DNA of 64,000 nt from Azolla caroliniana (lineage: Eukaryota; Plantae; Polypodiophyta), in the NCBI GenBank assembly GCA_043228905.1, contig JBHGNT010000137.1, positions 1 through 64,000 of the forward strand. The letters are read 5' to 3'. Made by a program: the position numbers and the translations under genes. A model generated the notes under the pieces. That model did not search any database and was not told the DNA's origin. It worked only from the letters and a program-made list of their open reading frames with translations. Shown here in pieces: positions 49,508-64,000 of this stretch. The number at the start of each line of letters is the position of its first letter. Positions within the stretch are counted from its first letter, which is position 1.

Positions 49508-50473
49508 AATGCAACGGCATAATTTGCTTCTAATTGACAAAATTAGAAATGTGTACATTCTAAATTAAAGAATTGACCTCATATAATTGGATATTGTAAT
49601 TAAACGAAGGTGATTTTCTAATCGTTGTACATTAACCTCATATAATTACACGCTTAGTGTTAGTTTCAAATGTTATCAGGAGCCTCTCAGTTTGAATCCC
49701 ATAACCAGCATTTGCTGATGATGATCGTGGCGATGACAAATAAGTTTGAACGCCATAAGCAACATTCGCTGAAGATGATAATGACGACCACAATTAGGAC
49801 GACAATGATAGCCACGATGATGATGTGCAGAATATATATTACATTTTCATTAATCGGAACTACACATTGGAGAGATGGTTTTTTGGGTTTGATTCGTCCT
49901 TCTTGAAAAGTCAGAGAGGTTGTTGTCTCCAACCACAATCCATCCATGAAAGAAAGAAACCCCTTCCTGAAATATGACAACAATGGAGTAATAACAACTG
50001 CCAAGGTTTCCAGACAGGTATTGCAGCACAAATATAGGAAAACGATGCAGTGGAACTCATCAAACCTGTGCTCGGGAATCAAAACCAAATGAAGAAGAAG
50101 TGACCGAACTTTCAACAGTTCTACGACTTCCTGAAGAAGAAAAAAATATTTTATGTTACATTAATTCATCCTCCTTGAGAAGCCAGAGAGGTTTTCTCCT
50201 ACCACAATCTGTAAAGACTCCTTCATCCATGAAAGAACGAAAGAACCCCTTCGCCGAAATATGGCAACAGAGTAATGACAACTGACTGCCATGGTTTCCA
50301 GACAGGGATTGTGGCACACACAAAAAAAAGGATTTAGCTGAGTCCATAAAAACCCTGTGATGGGCTTTCAATAGTTCTATGTCTTCGTGAGAAGCAAGGA
50401 GGATCGAGTGATAAGTCATCTATGTTACATCGAAACATACATGCAGTAGAGTTCTCGTGTGTAAAAACATCCC

Positions 50474-52302
50474 CTAATTGGATGGTTTCCATGGCTCAGA
50501 ATTACATCGTTGCAACCGCATTACGGTCTTCCTCTGGGATGTGACCGAGCGGGACCGGATGAACTCCGCATTGCCAGCTTGAAACAGCTTCAAGTACCGT
50601 CTTCCCGCCTCATTGAAGCCAGCCACTTGGAAGGCTCCAGCAAACAGCTTCTCCCCACTTGCAGGGGCAAGCTCATGGCTGGCAGCATTCTCATTCAGAT
50701 CATAACCCACCACAATTAGCGTGCCAAACGATTTCGCAAGATTTTCATAAAGATCTGTATGGTCAAATCTCTTTTTGTCCAAGTCTCCGCCATCACTGTC
50801 GGATCCAGGCTTTTTGGTTTTTGTGGGATGGCTTCTTCTGGAATCTGCGGTCGATCCCAGAAAGAATATCTTCTTCTTCATCATCGTGGTTGTTGTCTTC
50901 TTCTTCTCAGCATCCTTCGATTGAGTTCCCGAAGGTTCTATGGTATGAGCTTCCCCATCACATGAAGCTCTCTGCAGGCATTGGGCAATTGCCTTAGCAT
51001 CTTGGTCAATGGAGGAAAATGCTGAACTTCTGAGGACTTGACCCTCTTGGGCCAGCGGCACTTCGTCGTCCTCCTCCATACTACGGTCGGGCAAACATGG
51101 CTGGGCGCGCGCAGCTCCAGCTCTTAATCTCTCGCCATCTCTTGCCAACCATGTCTCAGGGACAACTTCTAAAGAGACTTTCAAATCCTGTATATTGCAG
51201 ATGCCTGACTGAAGAGGAGGCAACTGTTCATAAGTAGACTTGTGTGCCACACCATGTTGTGCAGAGGTTGGAGGCCCCCCATGGAGCTTGGAAGAAGGCA
51301 TTCGACCTTGTCCTGCAGGGATAGCATTTCTATGACATCTCATCTCTGCATTGTTAGCAGAAGAAGAAGTAGAAGAGGCAGATATCTGGGATGGACCCCC
51401 ATTCATAATCCCATCCCATCCTCCTCCTCCTGCATACTGATGATGTTTACGGAAAACTGTAGCCCACAGGCTTCGCTTACTATCTTGCATATCTGACACA
51501 AACACATGGGCCAAACAAACAAGAAGAAACCTCAACATGGGACGTAGAAATAGCCGCATATTGCTAAGCAGAAGCAGAAAATAACCAGAAAAAAGGCAGA
51601 AGAGAAACACTGGAAAAAAAACAGAAAGAAGGAATGGGAGATCTGACCTTCATGACCATGGCCTGCAGAAGAGGCAGAGCTAACCTTGCGTGGCGAGGCA
51701 AAGAAGGAAGTCCATGTGGAATGTCTGCCTCTTGCAGGGCTCATGAAGAATCGAGCAGGGGATGAGGAAATGGCGGCGGCTCCTGACGACCCAGATTCTC
51801 TAGATGCTCCTGATGCCATTGATGAAGATGAGGAGGGCCCTTTGGACATGGCCTTGTTGGACCTGCAAGGCTTAACCTGGCCGATGCAAGAAACTGTAGG
51901 AGAAGTAGGGTCTTCTTCATCCTCCTTTGCTTCTTCATCTGCTCCTTTTTCTCCTTCTTCTTCTGTATATCTTCCTCTCCCTCCCTTAGCCCTAGCGGAA
52001 AACAAAGCAGTGGACCTCTGCCCACCGCCTTTCTTCTTCACCATGCCTTCCCTCGCTGGGCTGCGTAATAGTAACGGGGAAGAAGTAAACCAGGAAAGCT
52101 TCTCGCTTGCACTTCTCTGCACGGGGTCAGGGACAGGGACAGGGACCTCTGTGCATTTCTTCTTCCTCCTCGACTGCTGCTGCTGCTGCTTCTTCTTCTG
52201 TGATTCCTTGTTACCATTGCTCATCAAAGTAGTCTGATCATGAAGGGCTTGCAATGCGCTGCTCCGATATCTATCATACTGCCAGTGCTCTTCTCCAGCC
52301 AT
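50474..52302 (-). CDS. Plant protein of unknown function, join(52302-51648,51492-50474), 557 aa; motif pair as in HCF243/At1g78110/At1g76070-like proteins
   Basis: The two long ORFs join in phase 1 via GAAG|GTCAGA and TGTCAG|AT; motifs DPTSPTVSCIGQVK and terminal LQRCNSEP. Family assignment is from memory of motifs. Confidence 0.75.
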
Positions 52303-52450
52303 GGTTCCAATCAGAGCCTTTGCGTGAGTGTGAGTGAGTGTGTGTGTGTGTGTGTGTGTATGAGACAGATAAAGAACCGAAGGGGAACAGTAGAAAACTA
52401 GGGTTTCCAGGCTGCCAGGAATGTAGGAGGAATGTTAAACTTCAAGGGTC

Positions 52451-52485
<35 letters not shown>

Positions 52486-52873
52486 CACAGACAGAAAGAA
52501 TCTACCATGAATGTTGTTCTCGTTCAGGCTGCAGTTCTTCTGATGACTGACTGATTGACCTACTGGCTAATGGACTGACTGATGATACAGTCTGTGGATA
52601 TGGCGGGGAAGGAGATGGAGGGGGTGGAGTAGAACTGACAGGCAGGCAGGCAGGCAGGCAGGCTCTGGAGACTGGACAGAGAGCAGAGCAGAGAGAGCAG
52701 AGAAAGTCAAGCTTCGTTTTGAACAGAGGAAAGCTCTGTATCTCAGACTTGCTCATACATTATATATATAATACATATGTATATGTACATTCATAGAAAA
52801 CCCAACACAGACATAATATAATAAACACAGAGAACAGAGATGCATAATGACTTCGTTAAGATTTGAACACAAG

Positions 52874-52874
<1 letters not shown>

Positions 52875-52933
<59 letters not shown>
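52875..52933. repeat. (CT)n microsatellite
   Basis: Seen directly. Confidence 0.9.
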
Positions 52934-52939
<6 letters not shown>

Positions 52940-52999
52940 TAAAGCCATTATTACACATGAAGACGGTGAATAAAGGGTAAATATATGTATTCCCCCATC

Positions 53000-53367
53000 A
53001 ACACCCCCAAAGTCTCCCCCTCGTCATCATCGGTTCGTTCGGTCCGGTCCGGCCTAGGGCCGGGTCGGGTCGGTTCAAGTCTCGTCCAATCACTCGCTCG
53101 TCTCTCTCACACCATCCATCATTCATTCGTTGAACGAGTCCGACACATGTCTCCCTCTCACACACATACATCATCCTCCCCCCCCCCCCCCCCAAGACCC
53201 TAAACACCCCAAAGTCTCTCCTTGTCATCGGTTCGGTCCGGCCTAGGTCGGGTCAGTTCAAGTCTCGTCCGATCACTCACTCATCTCTCTCACACCATCC
53301 ATCATTCATTCATTGAACGAGTCCAATCACATGTCTCCCTCTCACACACATACATCCCCCCCACCCC
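53000..53367. repeat. GC-rich ~200-bp tandem duplication
   Basis: AACACCCC(C)AAAGTCTC ... GGTTCGGTCCGGCCTAGG ... CACCATCCATCATTCATTC ... CACACATACATC at 53000 and 53203. Confidence 0.85.
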
Positions 53368-56300
53368 ATTCATTCACACTCGTCTGTATCCCCAAGCCTC
53401 AACTCCTCGATTATATTTCATCTGTCCTTTAATTTCGTATTTTTGAAAACCCTCGAGAGAAGGGGAGGCGGGGCGAAAGGAAAAGCATGATCACGTTTTT
53501 TTTCTTCACTACATATGTCATCGCATGCTCCCTTTCGTTACACTTTTCATTGGGTGATGAGAGTTGCATCCACACGACACCTTCTTTTTATAAATAGACG
53601 AACGTGTCTGTCTGATTCAAATGTGTCATGTACCGATCAATTCCTCTATCCTACACCATTTTCTAGGATTAATTTTCAAACGCAAAGTCTACAATTGGAT
53701 CCATATCTGTACTTTTGATTGCTTAACTATCGTTGGATTCTCATTAGATTTGTGAAATGATATAAACTTTTGTTCATCCCAAAAAAAGATTTCTCTCATC
53801 GCAGCCCATTCTTATTAGGTAGAGGAAAATGCTTCTTTTTTTCCACCTTCGGCCCCACCATTTTCGTGCAAACATATTGGTTAAGAATGACAGAAAAACC
53901 TCTCTGATGAAAAAGATGTCACTTTTTGCTTTGATTTGCTGTTTATGTGGAGACCAGAGTTTTAAACATAAAAGGGTCAAATATTTGTGTGAAAAGCAAA
54001 ACATACTTCTATGAAAAAGGCTAAAAAGTGTGGGGCATGAGAGTAGAAGAAAATGTGAATAGAGAGCAGATGTGTAAAGAGACATAGACTATGTCTGCAT
54101 AATGATTGATCGTGGAAAGCCTAAAAAGCAATCAACTTTCTAACTGTGATGTGAAAGGAGCCTTAATCTATGTTGTCATCATGGTACATCATGCAAAAGG
54201 TTTAAACTATGCCAATATCATGGTAGATCATGGTTATGTTATAAATCCCAATTGCATCCTTTCCTTTAATAAAATGTAAAACACCTTACCATGAATCGTG
54301 TTCACAAAGTATACTTCTTGCATCGCCTCCCCACATCTCTCTTGAGTACATATTTGCATTGAGCCAATGTTACAGTTCACTTAAATAAACGAGATGAGAA
54401 TGTTCTTTGTTATGTGTTTATCAAAACCCAAGATCCTCACCAATTTGCCATGAAAACTTTCCTAGTGATATTTCCCTAGTTTCACAACCTTCATAATGAC
54501 TTTCAAGTGGTACTTTACGTCTCAATTTGAAACATGCAATTGTATCTCTTGTTTGCCCATGCAAGTTATCTTCTTAGATTTTAGAGAGAACCTTGCATTT
54601 CAATAGTATAAATCTCGAGGGACTATAGTAGTTGCAACTTGCGGCTTATTGATATGGTTTGTCTTACTTGCAAGTTTTTCATGACCCCCCTAATGTGAAA
54701 TGACTAACACATTAAATGAGAAGTGCCAAAGAAGGAAAGATGGAATCTATCTTGTAGCTTCCCTAACTACCTATTAAAATTTTATCTTCCAAATCCAATA
54801 AACGTGTGGTTGAGTATAAACGGCCCATCATAGTAATTGTACTCGTAATTCTGTTTTCAATGGGAGAATAACAAAATTTTAATCTACGCTCGATTGAAAG
54901 GTATTGTGGCCAACAAACAACAATAGTCGGCTTATGAAATCACATATATTGTTGATGTCATGATGCATGTGGTGGACCAAAATTTGACCAATCTTGAAGA
55001 AACTAGGTACACATTTGAAATCTAGATCAATCACCTAATGGGATCCATGTTATTAAGTCGTGAAAATCCAGTGTATGCGTTTGGATATACACAAGTACGA
55101 ATTTGGCCTGGATTTTCTAATGTAATAAAGTGAAATATTCATATAAAACAAAAACCCACCAATGAAACAATTGAACACATTTTTACATTAGATATAGAGA
55201 TATTACATTATGGATCATGAATTATCTCATTGTCATAGATAATCATACAATTGACAAGTACATATATTCTTCATAGTTTAGAGATAGAAGTTATGATTAT
55301 GATAAGTTAGCATGTCAAAATATTTGATATGAAATGTTATTTGAGAGCGAACATATGTGTAAGTTTCCATTCCAATTTCTATATTATTTTTCCATAAAGT
55401 TATTATTCAGAATATATGTCAACCTTGTAAGGAGCGTGACTTTTTTTTCCCAAAGAAAAGGAGCGTGACTTATTCGTTTGGTTCTTCAAAAATAAGGGGG
55501 AATACAATTACTCTTGGATCTTGGAAGTTTCTTGGTTATGTATTATAATAGTTCAAAAAGAGTGGTTGTGTTTCTAGGACATATGCACCTCCACATTTAT
55601 TGTTGTTGGCATAGCGACCGGTTTTTGGAGAAAATATTGGCATATAAACTCTTATCACAATGATCACACCCCTTTATAGAAAAATTTAAAAAACGTTATA
55701 ATGCCATTGAGACTATCACAAATGTTGACTATTATGACAAGCAAAAAATCAACAAGAAACTGCAATGTGATTCCTAGTTTTATGCATGTTCCAATATTGT
55801 TGGGGTAGAAATCAACAAATTCCCACAACAAAGGGAAGTTGTCATTGAGAGAAATTGAAGGAGCAAGATAGCACTAGTGGCATGCATTCAATCCTCTATA
55901 ATAAATTCTATCAATGTACAATTTAATGTGTATGTAGCTACACTATGAAGGGTTTGCATGTGTACATCAACAATGTATCACAACAAAGAGAAGCATATAG
56001 GTAAATATGTAGAGAAATTGAAGAAATAAGATAAAATGAGTGTCATGGCATCAACCCTTGATAAAAATTCATATCCATTTGCAAATTTAACATGTATGTA
56101 TATGACCTATAAAGGTTTTTCACGTATTTAAGTATACAAGGGTGATTAAGTGACAGACAATGTGTGCTTCAGTGAGTGACGAAGATGACATTAACAAACC
56201 TATCGAATAGAATCTATGCAAACAAATTGGACTACACAACAAAGATATACACTATAGTAAAGAATCGTAACATGATTATAGCTTAGGAATTATTTAATGG

Positions 56301-57099
56301 AGATGCACATTGCAAACACATGTGCAACATTTTATGTATTTGTGTGTTGGGAAACACATATATTTGCATCTCCACTATATCTATTATCATCCCTAAGCTT
56401 AACCGACCTCAAATCTCCAAAGTATGGTTGTCAGGCCTACCAAATCACTCAACTAATGCATTAACCTCTCAACCACCCCCTTCGTGTCCTATTGTTTTGC
56501 ACACCAACCACATTGCATGCTCGTTTCCTCTTTATCCCAAAACTTGCATGAACATAAATCAAAGAAATACATATTTCTTGGACATGTTGAGGAATGTGAA
56601 ATGGGCCATCTCTCATGTGATTTAAAACCACATTAGGTTGTTTTAAGTAATGATGTGTTCTTTAATGCAAAGTCAAAGCACGAAATGCCTTGTACAGAAT
56701 GGGAGAGGATAAGGTTTTATTCTTGAGTGTACCAATAATCATGACGAGAATGTACAAAGATGTAATGGAAACCATGATGAGAATGTAAGAGGTCAAATGT
56801 TTAGGTACATATAAAGTGGGTTAATGCCTTGATGTGGAGTCTCATTTTGTGTTTCTTTATCTCTTGAAAATTAATTGCAAACAATCCATGGATATTTATT
56901 GATGACTGAGTGTAGAGAAAACTCTTGTTACAAGGACCCAGTTTGCACTATGATAACCGCAAGTGGAAGCGAGTGTCATGCAATCTTAGATGGATATTCT
57001 CAATGCCCATCTATAAAATTTGATAACTAATGGAAGGAGTTTTTTTGGGAAAAAATAAAATCTTAGATGGATGCGTAATGGTAAATGGTAAATAAAATA

Positions 57100-58700
57100 A
57101 GAGACTTGGTTACTTTGTTAAACAAAATGAACAAACTAGCATTTAAATAATTTACAATATGAAGCTCGTTCTCAATGATAGGAAATCAATGTACAAGACA
57201 CATGTTGTTACCAAAGGGTTTAAACAAACCAAACATGTCAAGTTTGATGAGATTTTTTCGCTTGTTGCGAAGTCATAGGTTTAGACATATATGACAAGTT
57301 ATGGGCATTTTGTGAGGCATCATGAGTTTACATATTGTTGTACTCTAAGTATGGGCATATGTGATTGTAATTATTCTTATCATTGTAATTATGTGTTGTA
57401 AATTATTATACACATGCCAACTCATATGAGCAACATGGCTTTCATGCATCATACGTTAACACGTGTGCACCAAGTGGTGATCACACACGCATCCATCATA
57501 TGCACTCTCACACACATGCAACCACACATCACATGCACTCTTATCTGAATGCCTATTTAAGAAGAAGGATCGAAATATCAAGATGAAATGGAAATTAATT
57601 TATATTCCAATTGATCGAGTTAGCTCATTGTGAGAAGTTTTCATCTCTCAATATTGAAGTTGAGCGTTTGAGTCGGAGTACGATGGAGATAAGATGTCAT
57701 CTTTATGATGGAATATTGTAACTTTGGTAAATAAAATAGTGTATTCTTAATTAAACTAAAACATGATACTTGTATCATATACTTTCTCAATTCTAATTCT
57801 TTAATCCTATGCTATCTCTTTATCTTTGTATGTACTACTCTCTCTCCCTTTCTTTTACGACCTCTCCTCGTTCATAACTGTAGTGGTTCGATGCACTGAG
57901 TACGAACTTTGCGACAATGTGGTTCCTAGATGATGGCGAGAGTTGACGCTTTGTGAGCCAATGCTGGTTTTGTTTCCAAAACTTCACAAATGTTTATAGT
58001 ATGCTCATCATGGCAAGGAGAAGCCAAAATCATCCACTCGAGGGAAATATAAGTATATGTGAACTTTTCAAGTAGGTGGATTGAATGTGCTTGTAGCATG
58101 TACCTTTGGCTCTCTATATCTATCGGAATCAATTATGTTTTGTCAAGGTCAATGGATATTATCCTTGTTGTGGCAAGGACCAACACTAAATTGAACCGAA
58201 GACAACAGTGGAAAGTTTGTATGCAAAGTACCTTACTTGTGCATGTTTACGTACTACATCGACAATGATGATCAACATTATTTTCCAAGCTACTTGTTAC
58301 ATGCATACCCATATTTAATCACGATATACGTATTCCATAGTTATCTTTAATCTTATGATGAGTACGCGTAATCTTAAATGTAACGAGGATATGAGTTCGG
58401 TAATACAATTCTACGATGTGAGATAAATTATTATGTGCGTTATCACCTGACCGTTTCATATAAAGTGTAAACACGCTAAGACATAGGGTTTTTGACTATA
58501 TAAGAAGGCCAACTACCTTCTTGTCAAGGAGAATTGACTTATGTTGAGACCATGTTAGTGTGGATATCCCTCTCTCCTTTCTTTGGTCTATAAATCCTTA
58601 TGCTTTGCTTAAATAAATAGTTAGAGTTTAATACTATCATGCATAAACTCTATCCGTGACAAGACTATTACGAGCAAAGGAAGTGCATCAACTTCCAAGA
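57100..58700 (+). mobile_element. Decayed Ty1/copia RT remnant, interrupted by a solo LTR
   Basis: 57191-57272 translates YKTHVVTKGFKQTKHVKFDEIFSLVAK (copia YKARLVAKGF ... DEIFSPV); weak MLI and KVPY traces after 57990. Confidence 0.6.
57275..57916 (+). mobile_element. Old solo LTR related to the tRNA-Trp gypsy family
   Basis: Same order as LTR 1752-2691: CATGCA-rich block, TATTTAA, CAATTGA ... TAGCTCATTG, CATCTT ... ATTGTAA.. TTGGTAAA, TATCATATACT, CT tract, and ends CGACA. The 5' boundary is uncertain. Confidence 0.55.
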
Positions 58701-61115
58701 TGAAGAGTTTGGCTACATCAACATGAACAAAAAATGGAGTGGATGTGAGGTCACGTTAACTTATTAATCACCGCGACTACATTTTAAGTCCATGAAGACA
58801 ATCAATAGTTTTGTGCAAGTTGGGTGAGAGGTAACACAATATTCTAATTTCTAATATTTCGTAATGGGCTTCGTTGTAGAACTTTCAAAGCCCGAGAAAC
58901 ATTGCACATCCAAAATCAAACACAATGTATGTTTGTCGGTCAATAACTATTTGAGCCGCAATTTAATTTATAGAAAACCCATTTAGAATAGACATCCTTG
59001 AAAATCTACGGTCATTGTGGTTAAACTTGTACTTCCTCAATTTAACATAGAGGTTAATCATAGTCCAACAATCGTTGTAGAACTTGATGAACACAAACAT
59101 AATGCTCTTAAGTTTTTGAATAAATCATCTAAATAAATTACCATAAAGTTCTATTGGAAGTATCACAAAACGTTACTTGCCATATAATGAGAAATTGTAA
59201 GTGTATTTATGAGATTGGAAGACATAATTGTATGCTTAAAATGTCCATATTAAATCTGAAAACGATCATTCATTCATTCCTTGGATTAATACAAACAAGG
59301 TTATATGCACCTAGAATATATATTCTCACCAAGTAACTGGCTCCATTAAGACACTCCAAAATACTTGAGATACACAACAAAATATTGTTCAATCCTCAAT
59401 AATCCATAACCCAACAAAGGAAACCATCAATTTTTTTAACATAAAAAAGGATGCACTAAGTAGGGATCTAGAATGTCAAATAATTCCATTTGTGAAATTT
59501 CATCAATAACAAGGCAAATCTCCATTATTATTATTTGGTTAAACTTGCAGAAATTGGCATGTGGGGTGAACAATGATATCGTATGTAGGGTTTTATATTG
59601 CGTTGAAAATGCAAACAACAAGAAATAATATTTCACAAACAACAAGAATAAGAACTACAATGGCAAATCAATAGGTTGGTTAATAACACATAGACCATGG
59701 ACTCAAAACCTTCTGAAGCAAACAAATATGTATGTGAGCATGCTCATTTTTTACAACGTGTCTTAGCAATTAGAGATGAATTGTAGTCAACACCTATCGA
59801 TAATTTGTTTGCATAAAGCATCTGAAGTTGGAAATTCCATTGTGACATCTAAATTATAAAATAAAGGATAAGGGATAAAGGTGAGATCTAGCTTTTGTTT
59901 GGCTTGAACTTTTGATAAAAGAGCTTACATGAGCTTTTTTGTTATTAATCAAGGGACTTAGATTATTTTAGCCTAAACATCCTCAAATTGACCAATTACC
60001 TACGACCTTGTCTATGCACAAACAACACGAACCAAGCGATGAGTGCGTGGAGAAGACTCATGAAAAAGACGATAATTTAGCATGACACCATAGATTATGA
60101 AAGTATACATCAATTACACTAGAAGAATTAAGACACAAAAACTAGATGAGGGTGAGTTATTTTACGACATTTAATTACACTTTATTGCTCTTTTTCATTA
60201 TATAGTTACTTATGTTTCTTGGTAGGTCACAATCTTACCATTCAACTTTAATGACCTATTAATTGGGTTGCGGGCTAATGGCCATGACCATACAAAGGTA
60301 GTCTTACAACCTATTCAAGCATTCTTGCTTTCGTATTTTACATTATGGGCCGTTGATGATTTCAAACCTATCTAAAGTGCAAAACAACAATGGGAAAATG
60401 GATCCACACAACCCAGATAAGAAGATCGTTATAGCTAAGTGGGGTGTGTTTGTGATGATGTTTACAATATTAAATGCACCACATACATCGAAGGGGATAG
60501 ATGTAGAGATATTTTGATTAATGATTTGACCGATTTCATGAAGGTATTTGTGGACGAATTCAATGCACGAGAATCAGACGAGATACGTTCATGTCACACG
60601 AAGTTAGTTGTGTAGCACTCACTATATGGAGAGACCAACACCCGAAAGGCCAATTATGTGGTTGGGGAAAAACACTACTTGGACATGTGGTGTCCAATAC
60701 GATACAAATGTTGTTGTGCATGGACTAGGGACTACACTCGCCCACGAATGAGAACCAACAAACCGTTTCGAACAACCACACAATTTTGTGGAATGTTAAC
60801 ATCTTCATCCTTTGTCACTGGTGGGCATCTTTCATGGGGCAATGGATACATGTTCTTTTGTTCATATGAGAGCACCCAATGTCTTGTCTGTTTTCTGGCT
60901 AACTCATACACACACACACACACACACATTATGATATATACATATACATACATACATAGATACATACATAGATACATACATACATACATACATACATACA
61001 TACATACACTCTGCTCACAGTAATAATCACAGCAGCAGAAGCAGAACAAAGAAGAAGAAGAAGAAGAAGAAAAAAGAAGAAGAAGAAGAAGAAGAAGAAG
61101 AAGAAGAAGAGAGGC

Positions 61116-63186
<2,071 letters not shown>

Positions 63187-64000
63187 GTATAGTGGCTATT
63201 CTGAAGTGATGGATTTCTTTTATACCATATTTGTGTCAACATAGCACCAACTGCGAAGCATGTGCTTGACAACTTATCTATTCTTGCCTTTTTTGAGCAA
63301 TAGAAGTACTTTGCTAGAATAATGTGTGTGAAGGTTTAATCATATTTAGACATACTATATTAGAGATATGAATAAATGTGAGACTCTCACATTGGATGTT
63401 TATAGATGTAGCAGAACAGAATACTTTTCTCAGATCTCATATAACATTGTACACTCATGGTTTAGTGTGCCAAAAGTTACAGCCATAACACAGGGAGAGG
63501 ATATGAGAGTGGGCAGGGCTGAGAGACATAATACCCATGGTGAAGAAAAAGAGAAGACTGGGAGATCTAAGGATGAGAGCTGCTGAGAAACAAGGAAATG
63601 TCATAGGAAACAAGGAAATGTCATAGGCAATAGGATGTGCCTTATGTAATGAATAACTAGAGCGTGTACTGCCATCCCCTCTGGTGGAAAATATCTGGAA
63701 TGTTGCAATGATACAACTTGCCAAAGAAGAAGCCCTTTCAACCAGTGGGTGTCCCCAACTATACCGTGTTGTGTATAAGAAAGGAATGCATTATGTGGAT
63801 GGTTTCTTTTTGAGCCTGATAAATTCTTAATCTATCTTCAATACTCCATAGACTACTTGATGTTCACTATTGCAAGCATTTTTTCAACCCCATAAGTTCA
63901 TAATGTGTTTGAAATGTTTCCACAACTATGCCTGCAATCCGAAGGTTAGGGGGCTCAAGCTTTGTCAGTAGATTATCATGTTATGACAATGTTTTAAGAC

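Noticed and set aside
51493-51610. Hydrophobic signal peptide on ORF 50474-51610
   Set aside because: It is translated intron sequence (pyrimidine-rich) between the two exons.

Overview
Eukaryotic land-plant nuclear DNA, AT-rich and dense in microsatellites; a seed-free plant such as a fern is plausible but is only an inference. Bases 1-13.5 kb are a stack of nested LTR retrotransposons. It includes a near-complete Ty3/gypsy element (1752-9243) with a tRNA-Trp primer site, a gag-pro/pol layout and a clear -1 frameshift signal, parts of two related elements, a tRNA-Arg-primed gypsy fragment and a copia 5' end. The rest holds five host genes: an intronless F-box/kelch-type gene (+), a DRB2-like dsRNA-binding protein gene (+, with an antisense copia element in an 8-kb intron), a single-coding-exon INTS3 (-), a two-exon gene of unknown function with SPxVxCIGQV and RCxSEP motifs (-), and the exosome subunit RRP41L/MTR3 (+, running off the window). 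The most striking observation is that the LTRs of the tRNA-Trp gypsy family carry tRNA-like RNA polymerase III cassettes (TATA-like element, A box, B box/T arm, oligo-T terminator). They are tandemly duplicated and antisense in U3, with another sense copy downstream of the TATA box, and they recur in diverged family members. All calls were made by eye without database searches.
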